Positions 31,419-43,788 of a stretch of 64,000 bases of DNA are shown piece after piece. Origin of the DNA: Gammaproteobacteria bacterium (lineage in GTDB: Bacteria > Pseudomonadota > Gammaproteobacteria > GCA-002705445 > GCA-002716945). A program made the translations under genes and the position numbers. The stretch's first letter is position 1, and each line of letters opens with the position of its first letter. Location of the stretch: contig PBCF01000002.1 in the NCBI GenBank assembly GCA_002716945.1, forward strand, positions 206,404-270,403, read 5' to 3'. The notes beneath the pieces were generated by a model, which ran no database searches, was not told the DNA's origin, and saw only the letters and a program-made list of their open reading frames with translations.

Positions 31419-32951
31419 ATGAAAATTAGTTTTTTACCTCTTTTATCCATAAAAGAAATAAAAAAAATTGAGAGCGGATATAATCATCATGATTTGTTAG
31501 ATAATGCAAGCAAATGTCTGTATAAATCCATTACAAATTTGGAAGAAAAATATTTATCTAATATACTAATTATTTGTGGACCGGGCAATAATGGTGCTGA
31601 TGGTTTGTATTTATCATCTATACTCATTAAATCTGGATATCAAGTTGATATTTTATTTCCTGATGATTTTAGATCTAAACAATCTGCCTTAATCAAAAAA
31701 TTAGATTTACCTGAAAACAACATCCATAATTTAAATTTTGACTTAGAAAATTATATTGACAATAAAACATTAATTGTAGATGCAATTTTTGGTTCGGGAT
31801 TAAATAAACAATTAAACAAAACAATATCTGACATAATATATACTATAAACAAGCATCAATCTTTTAAAATTTCTATTGATATACCGTCAGGCTTAGACAG
31901 TGAAGGCAAACAAACACTAACAGATAATTCATCTCATATAAATATATTCAGATCAAATTTGGTTGTATCTTTTGTAAGTTTAAAAAAAGGATTATTTACT
32001 GCTCAGGGACGAGATCATTGGAATATGATACATCATTATAAATTAGTGACTGAAAAATTAACCTCTAATACTTTTTTGTTTTCACTAGATGATTTCAAAA
32101 GCATTCCCATTAGTTTGGATGATTTTTCTCATGATGATATCTTTGTGGAAGATATATCTAATCAAACCACTACATCACATAAAATTAAAAAAACTGATGC
32201 CAAGGGGTTAATTGTGGGAGGCAATGATGAATATTTAGGCGCACTGCTACTAGCGGCTAAAGCAGCTATAAAAACTGGAGTACGTTACCTCACAACATTA
32301 TCTTCAGTGAAAAATTCGAAAATTGTACCTACAACATTACCAGAGGTTATTAGTCATTCTTTTACTGAAATTGTGAATCAGTTTCCTAAGTCTGAAGCAT
32401 TTTTGGTAGGCCCCGGATTAGGTAGGAATAATTTATCCGAAGAAGTGTTTTCAAGGTTCATATCATTATTACAAAAAAAAGAAATATTTACTATCATTGA
32501 CGCTGATGCTATTTATTTTTTATCCAAAAATCAGTCAAATTTTAAAAGATGGGTATTAACACCGCATGAGGGTGAAGCTGCGAAATTATTAAATAAAAAA
32601 ATAAATTATATAGTTGAAGATAGATATAGAGCGTCAAAAGAAATACAAAAAAAATATGGAGGAATTTCGGTACTTAAGGGAGCCGGTACAATTGTGCGTG
32701 ATGACTTAAATACATATATTTGCGCCCATGGTAATCCTGGTATGGCAATGGCAGGCATGGGTGACTGTTTAAGTGGAATTTTGTTAGGATGTCATTTTAT
32801 GACATTGAATGAATTACATGCTTCTTTGTTAGGTATTGGGCTACATTCTAAAGCCGCTGATCTAATAGCTCATGAATCCGGGATAAAAGGATTATTACCC
32901 TCTGATGTTATACAGCAAGTATCAATATTATTGAATAAAGAACTAGTATGA
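31419..32951 (+). CDS. nnr: Bifunctional NAD(P)H-hydrate repair enzyme Nnr (epimerase plus ADP-dependent dehydratase)
   Basis: 510 aa with an N-terminal YjeF_N domain (ICGPGNNGADG) and a C-terminal carbohydrate-kinase-like domain (GPGLG, LTPHEGEAAKL). Confidence 0.85.
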   Translation: MKISFLPLLSIKEIKKIESGYNHHDLLDNASKCLYKSITNLEEKYLSNILIICGPGNNGADGLYLSSILIKSGYQVDILFPDDFRSKQSALIKKLDLPENNIHNLNFDLENYIDNKTLIVDAIFGSGLNKQLNKTISDIIYTINKHQSFKISIDIPSGLDSEGKQTLTDNSSHINIFRSNLVVSFVSLKKGLFTAQGRDHWNMIHHYKLVTEKLTSNTFLFSLDDFKSIPISLDDFSHDDIFVEDISNQTTTSHKIKKTDAKGLIVGGNDEYLGALLLAAKAAIKTGVRYLTTLSSVKNSKIVPTTLPEVISHSFTEIVNQFPKSEAFLVGPGLGRNNLSEEVFSRFISLLQKKEIFTIIDADAIYFLSKNQSNFKRWVLTPHEGEAAKLLNKKINYIVEDRYRASKEIQKKYGGISVLKGAGTIVRDDLNTYICAHGNPGMAMAGMGDCLSGILLGCHFMTLNELHASLLGIGLHSKAADLIAHESGIKGLLPSDVIQQVSILLNKELV

Positions 32952-33382
32952 AACAAAACTATTATCATATTGAGAGAGAAAATGATTATAAATATATTTT
33001 TCCTCGTTTTATAATTGAGAAAGATACAAACTACATATTTTTCTTAAAGGGAATGGTTGGTGCAGGTAAATCTACTTTTATTAGATTGTTCATTAAATAT
33101 ATGCAAGATAACATTAATGTTACTAGCCCAACATTTCCTATTATCAATGAATATAAGTTAGTTAACTATACAGTATTTCATTATGATCTTTATAGAATTA
33201 AATCTCAAAAAGAATTATTAGAAATTGGAATAGATGATTATTTAAATCAAAACGCATTACACTTCTTTGAATGGCCTGATAAATTTTTAAATTTTCTACC
33301 AACACCAGATTTTGACATAGATATCGATGTGATTGATGAATCTAGAATCATTAAAATAATTGAAAATGATGAATCAGAATAA
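32948..33382 (+). CDS. tsaE: tRNA threonylcarbamoyladenosine biosynthesis protein TsaE
   Basis: 144 aa with a P-loop (GMVGAGKSTF). It overlaps nnr by 4 nt. Confidence 0.85.
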   Translation: MKQNYYHIERENDYKYIFPRFIIEKDTNYIFFLKGMVGAGKSTFIRLFIKYMQDNINVTSPTFPIINEYKLVNYTVFHYDLYRIKSQKELLEIGIDDYLNQNALHFFEWPDKFLNFLPTPDFDIDIDVIDESRIIKIIENDESE

Positions 33383-34310
33383 ATTACCCATAATCTCAGT
33401 TATTGGTCCAACATCAATTGGTAAAACTAAATGTGCTATTGCTTTAGCAAAAATATATCCGGTAGAAATTATTAGCGTGGACTCTACTATGATATATAAA
33501 GAAATGGATATTGGTACAGACAAACCCGATACGACCGTATTAAATGAAAATATACATCATTTAATTGACATTAAATATCCAAATGAAAAATACAATGTAG
33601 GTAATTTTTACTATGATTCTATTAAACTTATCAAAAATATTCATAAGAGAAAAAAAATTCCATTATTTGTTGGTGGAACTCTCATGTATTTTTATCAATT
33701 ATTTAATGGATTGAATAAATTGCCACCTGCGTCATCATCTGAAAGAAATTTTATTAATTATTTAGCCAACATGTATGGGTGGGATAAAATTTATACTTCA
33801 TTGAAATATTTAGACTCAGCAATAACTTCTAAAATCAATGTAAATGATCACCAAAGAATACAAAGATCTTTAGAGGTATACCTTATGACGGGCAAACCTT
33901 TATCATTTTTTCATTCTTCCACTGAATCTTTATCTGATATTTATGAACTTATTACATTAAAAATTTCCTTAAATGATAGAAATAAATTACATACTATTAT
34001 TGAAGAAAGAACCAAGAAAATGTTTGATTCAGGGCTAATAGATGAAGTTAAATATCTTAAAGATAAATACGAATTAGATTTATCATATCAATCCATGAAG
34101 GCTATAGGGTATAGCCATGTAATGAATTTTCTTTATGGCAAATTAAATGAAAAAGATTTATTGCAGAAAGTCATATTTTCGACCAGACAACTTGCAAAAA
34201 GACAAATCACATGGTTAAAAAAATTTCCTAGCAAATATCAGTTAGATAACGCATCAAATATAACAAAATTGATTTTTAATAAAATTGATAAACATTTACA
34301 ATATTTATGA
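33360..34310 (+). CDS. miaA: tRNA dimethylallyltransferase
   Basis: 316 aa with a P-loop (GPTSIGKT) and MiaA core motifs. It overlaps tsaE by 23 nt, with no amiB or mutL in between. Confidence 0.9.
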   Translation: MKMMNQNKLPIISVIGPTSIGKTKCAIALAKIYPVEIISVDSTMIYKEMDIGTDKPDTTVLNENIHHLIDIKYPNEKYNVGNFYYDSIKLIKNIHKRKKIPLFVGGTLMYFYQLFNGLNKLPPASSSERNFINYLANMYGWDKIYTSLKYLDSAITSKINVNDHQRIQRSLEVYLMTGKPLSFFHSSTESLSDIYELITLKISLNDRNKLHTIIEERTKKMFDSGLIDEVKYLKDKYELDLSYQSMKAIGYSHVMNFLYGKLNEKDLLQKVIFSTRQLAKRQITWLKKFPSKYQLDNASNITKLIFNKIDKHLQYL

Positions 34311-34356
34311 ATAATGTCAATATTTATAATAACTAACGTTATACTTTATAAACAAA

Positions 34357-34596
34357 ATGACTGAAATTCTTCAAGACAAATTCCTCAATAAACTAAGAAA
34401 AGAAAAAGTACATGTTTCTATATTTCTTATAAATGGCATAAAATTAGAAGGGTTAATTGAAGCTTTTGATTCATATATTATTTTACTCCAGAATAAGAAC
34501 AAAGAAGGATTAATGATTTATCAAAGTATATATAAACATGCGATATCTACCATAGTTCCATCAAAGCAAATTAAATTAGAGTTTGAAGATAGGTAG
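34357..34596 (+). CDS. hfq: RNA chaperone Hfq
   Basis: 79 aa with the Sm1/Sm2 motifs ([23 protein letters not shown]). Confidence 0.95.
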   Translation: MTEILQDKFLNKLRKEKVHVSIFLINGIKLEGLIEAFDSYIILLQNKNKEGLMIYQSIYKHAISTIVPSKQIKLEFEDR

Positions 34597-34629
34597 CGTT
34601 TATATTATTATTATTTTGCGGTGAATTTA

Positions 34630-35763
34630 ATGGCATGGAATGAACCTGGTAAAAACGATAAAGACCCATGGGGTAGACAAAAGAATAGTGGATCTGACCT
34701 AGATGCACTGCTAAAAGATTTTCAAAAATTTTTCAAAGATGTATTTAATTCAAATATTGGCGGAAATAATACAGAACCACCATCAAAAAAGAACATTAGT
34801 TTCCTAGTATCAATTATTTTTGCTATATATTTATTAAGCGGTATATACATCGTTGATGATGGAGAAAGAGGAGTTGTCTTGCAATTCGGTAAATTTAATG
34901 AAATTACTCTGCCTGGACCTCATTGGATACCTAGAGTAATTCAGACCGTTGAAATTGTAGATGTGGCTAAGATTAGATCTGTCCAACAAAAGGCTGTAAT
35001 GCTAACTGAAGATGAAAATATTGTAAGTATTAATTTTGCTATCCAATATGATATTAAAGATGCTAGCAACTATATCTTTAATTTAAGAGAACCCGATATC
35101 ACATTAAGACAGGCCGGAGAGAGTGCTATCAGAGAAGTCTTAGGTAAAAATTCAATGGATTTTATAATTACTGAAGGTAGAGAAGAGATTGCCTCTAGAA
35201 CAAAACTGTTATTACAGTCTGTTTTAGATTCATATATATCTGGAATAAATGTACAAACAGTAAATATATTGGAAGCACAGCCTCCAGAGCAAGTCCAAGA
35301 TGCATTTTCTGATGCTATTAAAGCTAGAGAAGACGAACAAAGATTCATTAATGAAGCTGAAGCGTATAGAAATGAAATAATTCCATTAGCTCGAGGGAAG
35401 GCAAAACAAATCATAGAAGAGTCCAAGGCTTATAAAGTTAAACTTATTAATTCAGCTGAAGGAGAAGCTTCCAGATTTAAACAGCTTTACAAAGAATATC
35501 AAAAGGCACCTGAGGTTACGCGAGAAAGATTATATTTAGAGGCTGTTGAATCAGTTCTTGAAAATAGTAGTAAAGTTATGATCGATATAGATGGTGGTAA
35601 TAATTTGATGTATTTACCTCTGGATAAAATAATTAGTTCCACTCCACAACAAACAAACAAACCTCAACGTTATGGATCAGAATCAGCTGATTCATTGTCA
35701 GATAAGATTGAATCTAATAAAGATAGTTTTAATTTAAGAAAAAGGGATCTTTATAATGAATAA
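34630..35763 (+). CDS. hflK: FtsH modulator HflK (band-7/SPFH)
   Basis: MAWNEPGKNDKDPWG matches the HflK N-terminus. I chose the ATG at 34630 over the in-frame GTG at 34621. It has a TM helix then an SPFH domain, and follows hfq directly with no hflX. Confidence 0.9.
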   Translation: MAWNEPGKNDKDPWGRQKNSGSDLDALLKDFQKFFKDVFNSNIGGNNTEPPSKKNISFLVSIIFAIYLLSGIYIVDDGERGVVLQFGKFNEITLPGPHWIPRVIQTVEIVDVAKIRSVQQKAVMLTEDENIVSINFAIQYDIKDASNYIFNLREPDITLRQAGESAIREVLGKNSMDFIITEGREEIASRTKLLLQSVLDSYISGINVQTVNILEAQPPEQVQDAFSDAIKAREDEQRFINEAEAYRNEIIPLARGKAKQIIEESKAYKVKLINSAEGEASRFKQLYKEYQKAPEVTRERLYLEAVESVLENSSKVMIDIDGGNNLMYLPLDKIISSTPQQTNKPQRYGSESADSLSDKIESNKDSFNLRKRDLYNE

Positions 35764-36625
35764 TAATAGAAATGTTTTAACAACCGTAATTGTATTATTA
35801 CTTTTAATATACTCTGCAACTTTTGTGGTTGATGAAAGAGAAGTTGTTATAAAATTTAGACTAGGAGAAATTGTAAGAACATATAATGATCCAGGGTTAT
35901 TTTTTATGATTCCATTCTTGAATAATATTAAACGATATGATTCAAGATTATTAACTATGGATTCAAAACCTGAACAATTTCTTACCAGCGAAAAGAAAAA
36001 TGTAATAGTTGATTCTTTTGTAAAATGGAGAATAACTGGACCAGAAAATTTTTATAGAGCATCTAAAGGTGATGAAAGAATTGGAGTTAGCAGACTTTCT
36101 CAAATTATAAACGATTTAACAAAAAGTGAGTTTAGTAAGAAAACTATAAATGATGTTGTATCTGGTGACCGTGTATTTATTATGAATACCGTTAAATCTG
36201 AAGCTAATAAGGCAGCTTCTGCCTTAGGTATTTCAGTAATAGATGTCAGACTTAAAAAAGTTGACTTGCCAGACGAAGTAAGTAATTCAGTTTATGCAAG
36301 AATGGTGAAAGAGAGAGCAACTGTAGCTAAAGCATTCAGATCAAAAGGAAAAGAAGAAGCTAAGGGTATCACTGCAGCAGCAGAAAGAGAATCAGAGACA
36401 ATAATAGCTGAAGCTTATAAACAAGCACAAGAAATAAAAGGCCAAGGAGATGCTATTTCAACAGAAGTTTATGCTGAGGCATTTAACATGAGCCCAGAAT
36501 TTTATTCATTCTATAGAAGTCTAGATGCTTATAAAAATACATTTAATTTAAAACAAGATATATTAATAATCCAACCTGATTCTGAATTTTTTAAATATTT
36601 CAATAACCCAGCAGGAAAAAGATAA
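35756..36625 (+). CDS. hflC: FtsH modulator HflC (band-7/SPFH)
   Basis: 289 aa with an N-terminal TM and SPFH domain. It overlaps hflK by 8 nt. Confidence 0.9.
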   Translation: MNNNRNVLTTVIVLLLLIYSATFVVDEREVVIKFRLGEIVRTYNDPGLFFMIPFLNNIKRYDSRLLTMDSKPEQFLTSEKKNVIVDSFVKWRITGPENFYRASKGDERIGVSRLSQIINDLTKSEFSKKTINDVVSGDRVFIMNTVKSEANKAASALGISVIDVRLKKVDLPDEVSNSVYARMVKERATVAKAFRSKGKEEAKGITAAAERESETIIAEAYKQAQEIKGQGDAISTEVYAEAFNMSPEFYSFYRSLDAYKNTFNLKQDILIIQPDSEFFKYFNNPAGKR

Positions 36626-36630
36626 TAGAT

Positions 36631-36816
36631 ATTATCGAACTAATATTAATTGTTTTTGCTTTTATATTAATACTTGAAGGCCTCTTGCCATTAATTTCAC
36701 CAAAATCATTCAAAGATTTTTTAAGATACTTTATTGATTTACAAGATAATACAATTAGAATGATTGGTGGGAGTTTAATACTGATTGGTTTGATCTTATA
36801 CATGATCGTGGCGTAA
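36631..36816 (+). CDS. DUF2065 (YjeT-like) small two-TM membrane protein; start codon uncertain (no ATG/GTG/TTG)
   Basis: The frame is open 36607-36816 and encodes ..IIELILIVFAFILILEGLLPLISPKSFKDFLRYFIDLQDNTIRMIGGSLILIGLILYMIVA. This is clearly homologous to E. coli YjeT (..LVLVLEGLGPMLYPKAWKK..RRFGGGLVVAGVVVYYM). It is in the syntenic position between hflC and hisZ/purA. The only in-frame candidate starts are ATA 36622/36625, ATT 36631 and ATC 36634. Confidence 0.6.
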   Translation: MIELILIVFAFILILEGLLPLISPKSFKDFLRYFIDLQDNTIRMIGGSLILIGLILYMIVA

Positions 36817-36824
36817 TAAAATTT

Positions 36825-39831
<3,007 letters not shown>

Positions 39832-39883
39832 GTATTTGAAAAAATATCTATACTGAAGTAGTATGCGCACTGAGGAATATTGT

Positions 39884-40219
39884 ATGAAAAACTATGAAAT
39901 TGTTTTGTTATTTACTGTAAATGAAGAAAATCTTTCATTACAAACAGTTGATAAATTTAAAAAATTAGTGTCTGACAAAGGCGGAAAGATTGATAGATTT
40001 GAAGATTGGGGGAATCTAAAATTAGCTTATCCCATAAACAAAAACACAAAAGCTCATTATATATTGATGAATATCAGCGCTAATAACGAGATATTAATCG
40101 AATTATCTGGAATGATTAAATATAATGACAATATTTTAAGACACATAATACTTTCTTGTAAAGAAGCAATTACAGAACCTTCCTTAATGTTAAAAAAAGA
40201 AATCAGTCAAGCGAGTTAA
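39884..40219 (+). CDS. rpsF: 30S ribosomal protein S6
   Basis: [10 protein letters not shown] matches the S6 N-terminus (E. coli MRHYEIVFMV). I chose the ATG at 39884 rather than the upstream in-frame ATG at 39863. Confidence 0.9.
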   Translation: MKNYEIVLLFTVNEENLSLQTVDKFKKLVSDKGGKIDRFEDWGNLKLAYPINKNTKAHYILMNISANNEILIELSGMIKYNDNILRHIILSCKEAITEPSLMLKKEISQAS

Positions 40220-40223
40220 ATTA

Positions 40224-40445
40224 ATGAGTGAAATTGAATCAGAGATAAAAGTTAAATCAATCAAACATAAAGATATTGATTATAAAAATATTGGCTTGTT
40301 AAAAGCATATATAACCGAAACAGGAAAAATTATACCTAGTAGAGTCTCAGGAACCTCAGCTAAAGAACAAAGAAGAATAAATAAAGCAGTTAAGATAGCA
40401 AGATATCTTGCGTTATTACCTTTCTGTGATAATCATAAAAAATGA
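40224..40445 (+). CDS. rpsR: 30S ribosomal protein S18
   Basis: 73 aa ([37 protein letters not shown]). There is no priB between rpsF and rpsR. Confidence 0.95.
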   Translation: MSEIESEIKVKSIKHKDIDYKNIGLLKAYITETGKIIPSRVSGTSAKEQRRINKAVKIARYLALLPFCDNHKK

Positions 40446-40903
40446 AAGTATTATTGTTAAAAAAAATAAAAAATTTAGGTGATATTGGCAAAGAAGTATC
40501 AGTAAAACCAGGCTATGCCAGAAATCATTTGTTACCTAAAAAGCAAGCCGTATTGCCAACGGAGGAAAATTTAAAAATAGTTGAAGAGAAGAAAAAAGAA
40601 CTTCAAGCAGCGGAAGAGGCACTTAAGAGTGAAGCTTTACAAATTGCAGAGAAATTAAAAGACTATACAATTAATTTTAAAGCACAAGTACAAGAAGAAG
40701 ATAAAATATTTGGTTCAATTACTTTACAAAATATTGTAGATAGATTAACTCAAGATGGTTTTAATCTTGAGAAGAAGAATGTAAACCTACCTTCTGGGCC
40801 GATAAAAAATTTAGGTACATTTATTTGTAATATATCACTACATTCAGACGTGTCAGCTGATATTTCCATTCATGTAGAAAAAGAAGAAACTGTTAGTTCT
40901 TAA
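40442..40903 (+). CDS. rplI: 50S ribosomal protein L9
   Basis: 153 aa ([28 protein letters not shown]). It overlaps rpsR by 4 nt. Confidence 0.95.
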   Translation: MKVLLLKKIKNLGDIGKEVSVKPGYARNHLLPKKQAVLPTEENLKIVEEKKKELQAAEEALKSEALQIAEKLKDYTINFKAQVQEEDKIFGSITLQNIVDRLTQDGFNLEKKNVNLPSGPIKNLGTFICNISLHSDVSADISIHVEKEETVSS

Positions 40904-40946
40904 AAATCAAGATATAAAGTAATTTTTTTTTCAGTTAAAATAGTAC

Positions 40947-42296
40947 ATGGCTGAAAAACTCCCAACTATACCAAAATCCATTGAATCAGAGCAAGCATTC
41001 TTAGGTTCATTAATTCAAGACCCAAAATCATGGGAAAAAATCGATAAAAGACCTGAAGTAGATGATTTTTTTGATCCTGTTAACAAGATTATTTATAACG
41101 AGATTTATGAATTACTTATAAATGACCAACCAGTAGATATTTTGATGTTGGAAGAGGCTTTGAAAAATAAATCTTTATTAGATAAGGTTGGAGGCATAGA
41201 ATATTTAGCAAACCTAGTTAGAAAAACACCAACGAGCGCTCATGTAGCTGCATATAGTGATAAAATAACTGAAAAATCATTAATGCGACGTTTAATTAGT
41301 GTTAGCACAAAAACTATAGAGAATGTTACAAACAGCGAAGAAGATATAAAAAACATACTCGACAAAGCTGAGTCTGATATATTTTCTATCACAACAGATT
41401 CAGAAAAGAAATATGGGCTACAAAAAATTGGACCTATTGTTAATGACATGGTCGATAATATTTATCAAAACAAAGGAAATATAGATCAAATATTCACTGG
41501 TTTTTCTAAACTTGATGAGCTTGTAAAAGGTTTTCAGAAATCTGACTTAGTAGTTATCGCTGGAAGACCTTCAATGGGAAAAACTGCTCTTGCCATGAAT
41601 ATTGCTGAAGATATTGTTATTAAGCAAAAGAAAAAAGTTGGTTTTTTTAGTCTGGAGATGTCATCAGAATCAATTGCTTTGAGATTATTATCCTCACTAA
41701 GTCGTATATCGACATCACAAATTAGAGATGGTATAGATAAACTTTCTAGTTCAGATACAAAATCTGTCACATCTGCTATTGAGTTAGTAAAAGAATGTGA
41801 TTTCTTTATAGATGATAGTGCTAACATGACGCCAATGGATTTAAGAGCCAAGGCAAGAAGAATGAAAAGAGAAACAGGAATTGATGTATTAATTATTGAC
41901 TATCTACAGTTAATATCTATCCCAAATTTTAAAGAGGGAAGAGTTAATGAACTTGCTGAAGTGACTAGAATTTTAAAAAGCATAGCAAAAGATTGTGACA
42001 TGCCAGTTATTGCTTTATCTCAGTTAAACAGACTTGTTGAAACTAGAAACGACAAAAGACCTTATTTGTCTGACTTGCGAGAGTCTGGAGCTATTGAACA
42101 AGATGCAGATATCGTATTATTTATTTATCGTGATGAAGTGTACAATAAACAAACTGAGGAAAAAAATGTTGCCGAAATTAATGTTGCAAAACATAGAAAT
42201 GGAGAAACAGGTGTAAGAAAATTAACTTTCTTGCGTCATTGTACAAGGTTTGAAGATTACACTCCACAAATCTTTAATGAAGCTGATGCTTCGTAA
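40947..42296 (+). CDS. dnaB: Replicative DNA helicase DnaB
   Basis: 449 aa with Walker A (GRPSMGKTALAMNIA), Walker B (LIIDYLQL) and the arginine finger region. Confidence 0.95.
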   Translation: MAEKLPTIPKSIESEQAFLGSLIQDPKSWEKIDKRPEVDDFFDPVNKIIYNEIYELLINDQPVDILMLEEALKNKSLLDKVGGIEYLANLVRKTPTSAHVAAYSDKITEKSLMRRLISVSTKTIENVTNSEEDIKNILDKAESDIFSITTDSEKKYGLQKIGPIVNDMVDNIYQNKGNIDQIFTGFSKLDELVKGFQKSDLVVIAGRPSMGKTALAMNIAEDIVIKQKKKVGFFSLEMSSESIALRLLSSLSRISTSQIRDGIDKLSSSDTKSVTSAIELVKECDFFIDDSANMTPMDLRAKARRMKRETGIDVLIIDYLQLISIPNFKEGRVNELAEVTRILKSIAKDCDMPVIALSQLNRLVETRNDKRPYLSDLRESGAIEQDADIVLFIYRDEVYNKQTEEKNVAEINVAKHRNGETGVRKLTFLRHCTRFEDYTPQIFNEADAS

Positions 42297-42314
42297 ACTA
42301 AGTTGATGCTAATA

Positions 42315-42638
42315 TTATTCCTCAAGCAAGTCTAATTTATTTTTTTTATTTTCCCACTCTTTAGCATCGCTTGGAGCTTCTTTTATTTCAGTGATGATAG
42401 GCCATTTTTTAGATAATCTTTCATTAATCTCTAGAAAATGTTTATTTTCATCAGTAAGATCATCGTCTGCTACAATTGCATCTATAGGACATTCTGGTTC
42501 ACACATGCTGCAGTCTATGCATTCGTCAGGATTAATTACAAGATAATTAGGCCCTTCATGAAAACAGTCAACTGGACATACCTCTACACAATCAGTATAT
42601 TTACACTTTATGCAGTTTTCTGTGATAACATATGTCAT
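42315..42638 (-). CDS. fdxA: 7Fe ferredoxin (FdxA-type, [3Fe-4S][4Fe-4S])
   Basis: 107 aa with two cluster motifs, [14 protein letters not shown] and [12 protein letters not shown]. Confidence 0.85.
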   Translation of the reverse strand: MTYVITENCIKCKYTDCVEVCPVDCFHEGPNYLVINPDECIDCSMCEPECPIDAIVADDDLTDENKHFLEINERLSKKWPIITEIKEAPSDAKEWENKKNKLDLLEE

Positions 42639-42675
42639 TACTAAATTAGTTTTTAATTAAAGGTAATATACCATT

Positions 42676-43548
42676 ATGAAATCCATAAAAAAAGTTGTAT
42701 TTCCAGTTGCCGGACTAGGAACTCGTTTTTTACCTGCAACAAAAGCTAGCCCAAAAGAAATGTTACCTATAGTAGATAAACCTTTAATACAATATGCCGC
42801 CGAAGAAGCAATGCATTCAGGAATTAACCATTTAATCTTTGTTATAGGAAGAACTAAAAATGCAATTATTAATCATTTTGATTCTGCCCCTGAATTAGAA
42901 AATGAATTATTTGATAAGAAAAAACCTGCATTATTGAAAATAATAAAACAAATTATTCCAAAAAATGTTCATTGTACATTCGTGAGACAAGAAAATCCTC
43001 TTGGACTCGGACATGCTATTAGTTGTGCTGCTGAAATTATTGGAAGTGATGATTTTGCAATTATACTAGCCGATGACTTAATAAAAGCTAAGACTCCTAC
43101 AATTAAAGATATGATTAAAATTCGGGATAAGTCTTGCCCAAATATTATTGCTATCGAAGAGATAGAGAAAACAGAAACAGATAAATATGGCATCATTGAA
43201 TATTCATCTAAGAAAAAAAACTTATATAAATTAAGCTCTATTGTTGAAAAACCATCACCCAATAAAGCAAAAACAAATTTAGCAGTTGTTGGTAGGTATT
43301 TATTTTCATCTGATATTTTAGATCTGATTACTAAAACCAAACCAACTGTAGGAGGGGAAATACAGATAACAGATGCAATTGGCAAAATGTTATCTAAAAG
43401 CGATATCTATGGATATAAATTTAAAGGACAAAGATTTGATTGTGGTAGTAAACTTGGATATTTAAAAGCAAATGTTGAGTATGCGCTTGATCATAAAGAA
43501 GTAAAAAAAGATTTTAAAAAATATTTGCAAAATATAAAAATAAATTGA
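42676..43548 (+). CDS. galU: UTP--glucose-1-phosphate uridylyltransferase
   Basis: 290 aa with the nucleotidyltransferase N-terminus VFPVAGLGTRFLPATKASPKEMLPIVDKPLIQY. Confidence 0.9.
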   Translation: MKSIKKVVFPVAGLGTRFLPATKASPKEMLPIVDKPLIQYAAEEAMHSGINHLIFVIGRTKNAIINHFDSAPELENELFDKKKPALLKIIKQIIPKNVHCTFVRQENPLGLGHAISCAAEIIGSDDFAIILADDLIKAKTPTIKDMIKIRDKSCPNIIAIEEIEKTETDKYGIIEYSSKKKNLYKLSSIVEKPSPNKAKTNLAVVGRYLFSSDILDLITKTKPTVGGEIQITDAIGKMLSKSDIYGYKFKGQRFDCGSKLGYLKANVEYALDHKEVKKDFKKYLQNIKIN

Positions 43549-43584
43549 TGAAAATTTTATTTAAATATAAGATAACTAGTTTGA

Positions 43585-43657
43585 TCCCCGGTAGCTCAGT
43601 TGGTAGAGCGAGTGACTGTTAATCACCAGGTCGGCGGTTCGAGTCCGTCCCGGGGAG
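43585..43657 (+). tRNA. tRNA-Asn (anticodon GUU)
   Basis: TCCCCGGTAGCTCAGTTGGTAGAGCGAGTGACTGTTAATCACCAGGTCGGCGGTTCGAGTCCGTCCCGGGGAG. It has a 7-bp acceptor stem, anticodon loop CUGUUAA and T-loop TTCGAGT. No CCA is encoded. Confidence 0.9.
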
Positions 43658-43788
43658 TTATAATAGGTTTTTAAATGGTACTTAGTATAAATGAATGAAA
43701 AACGAAAACATGTTATAGAAACACTAAAAATAGTTTTGATTGTATGTATTATGATTTTTTTGGCAATCTTTATTTTAACTTTAATTGC

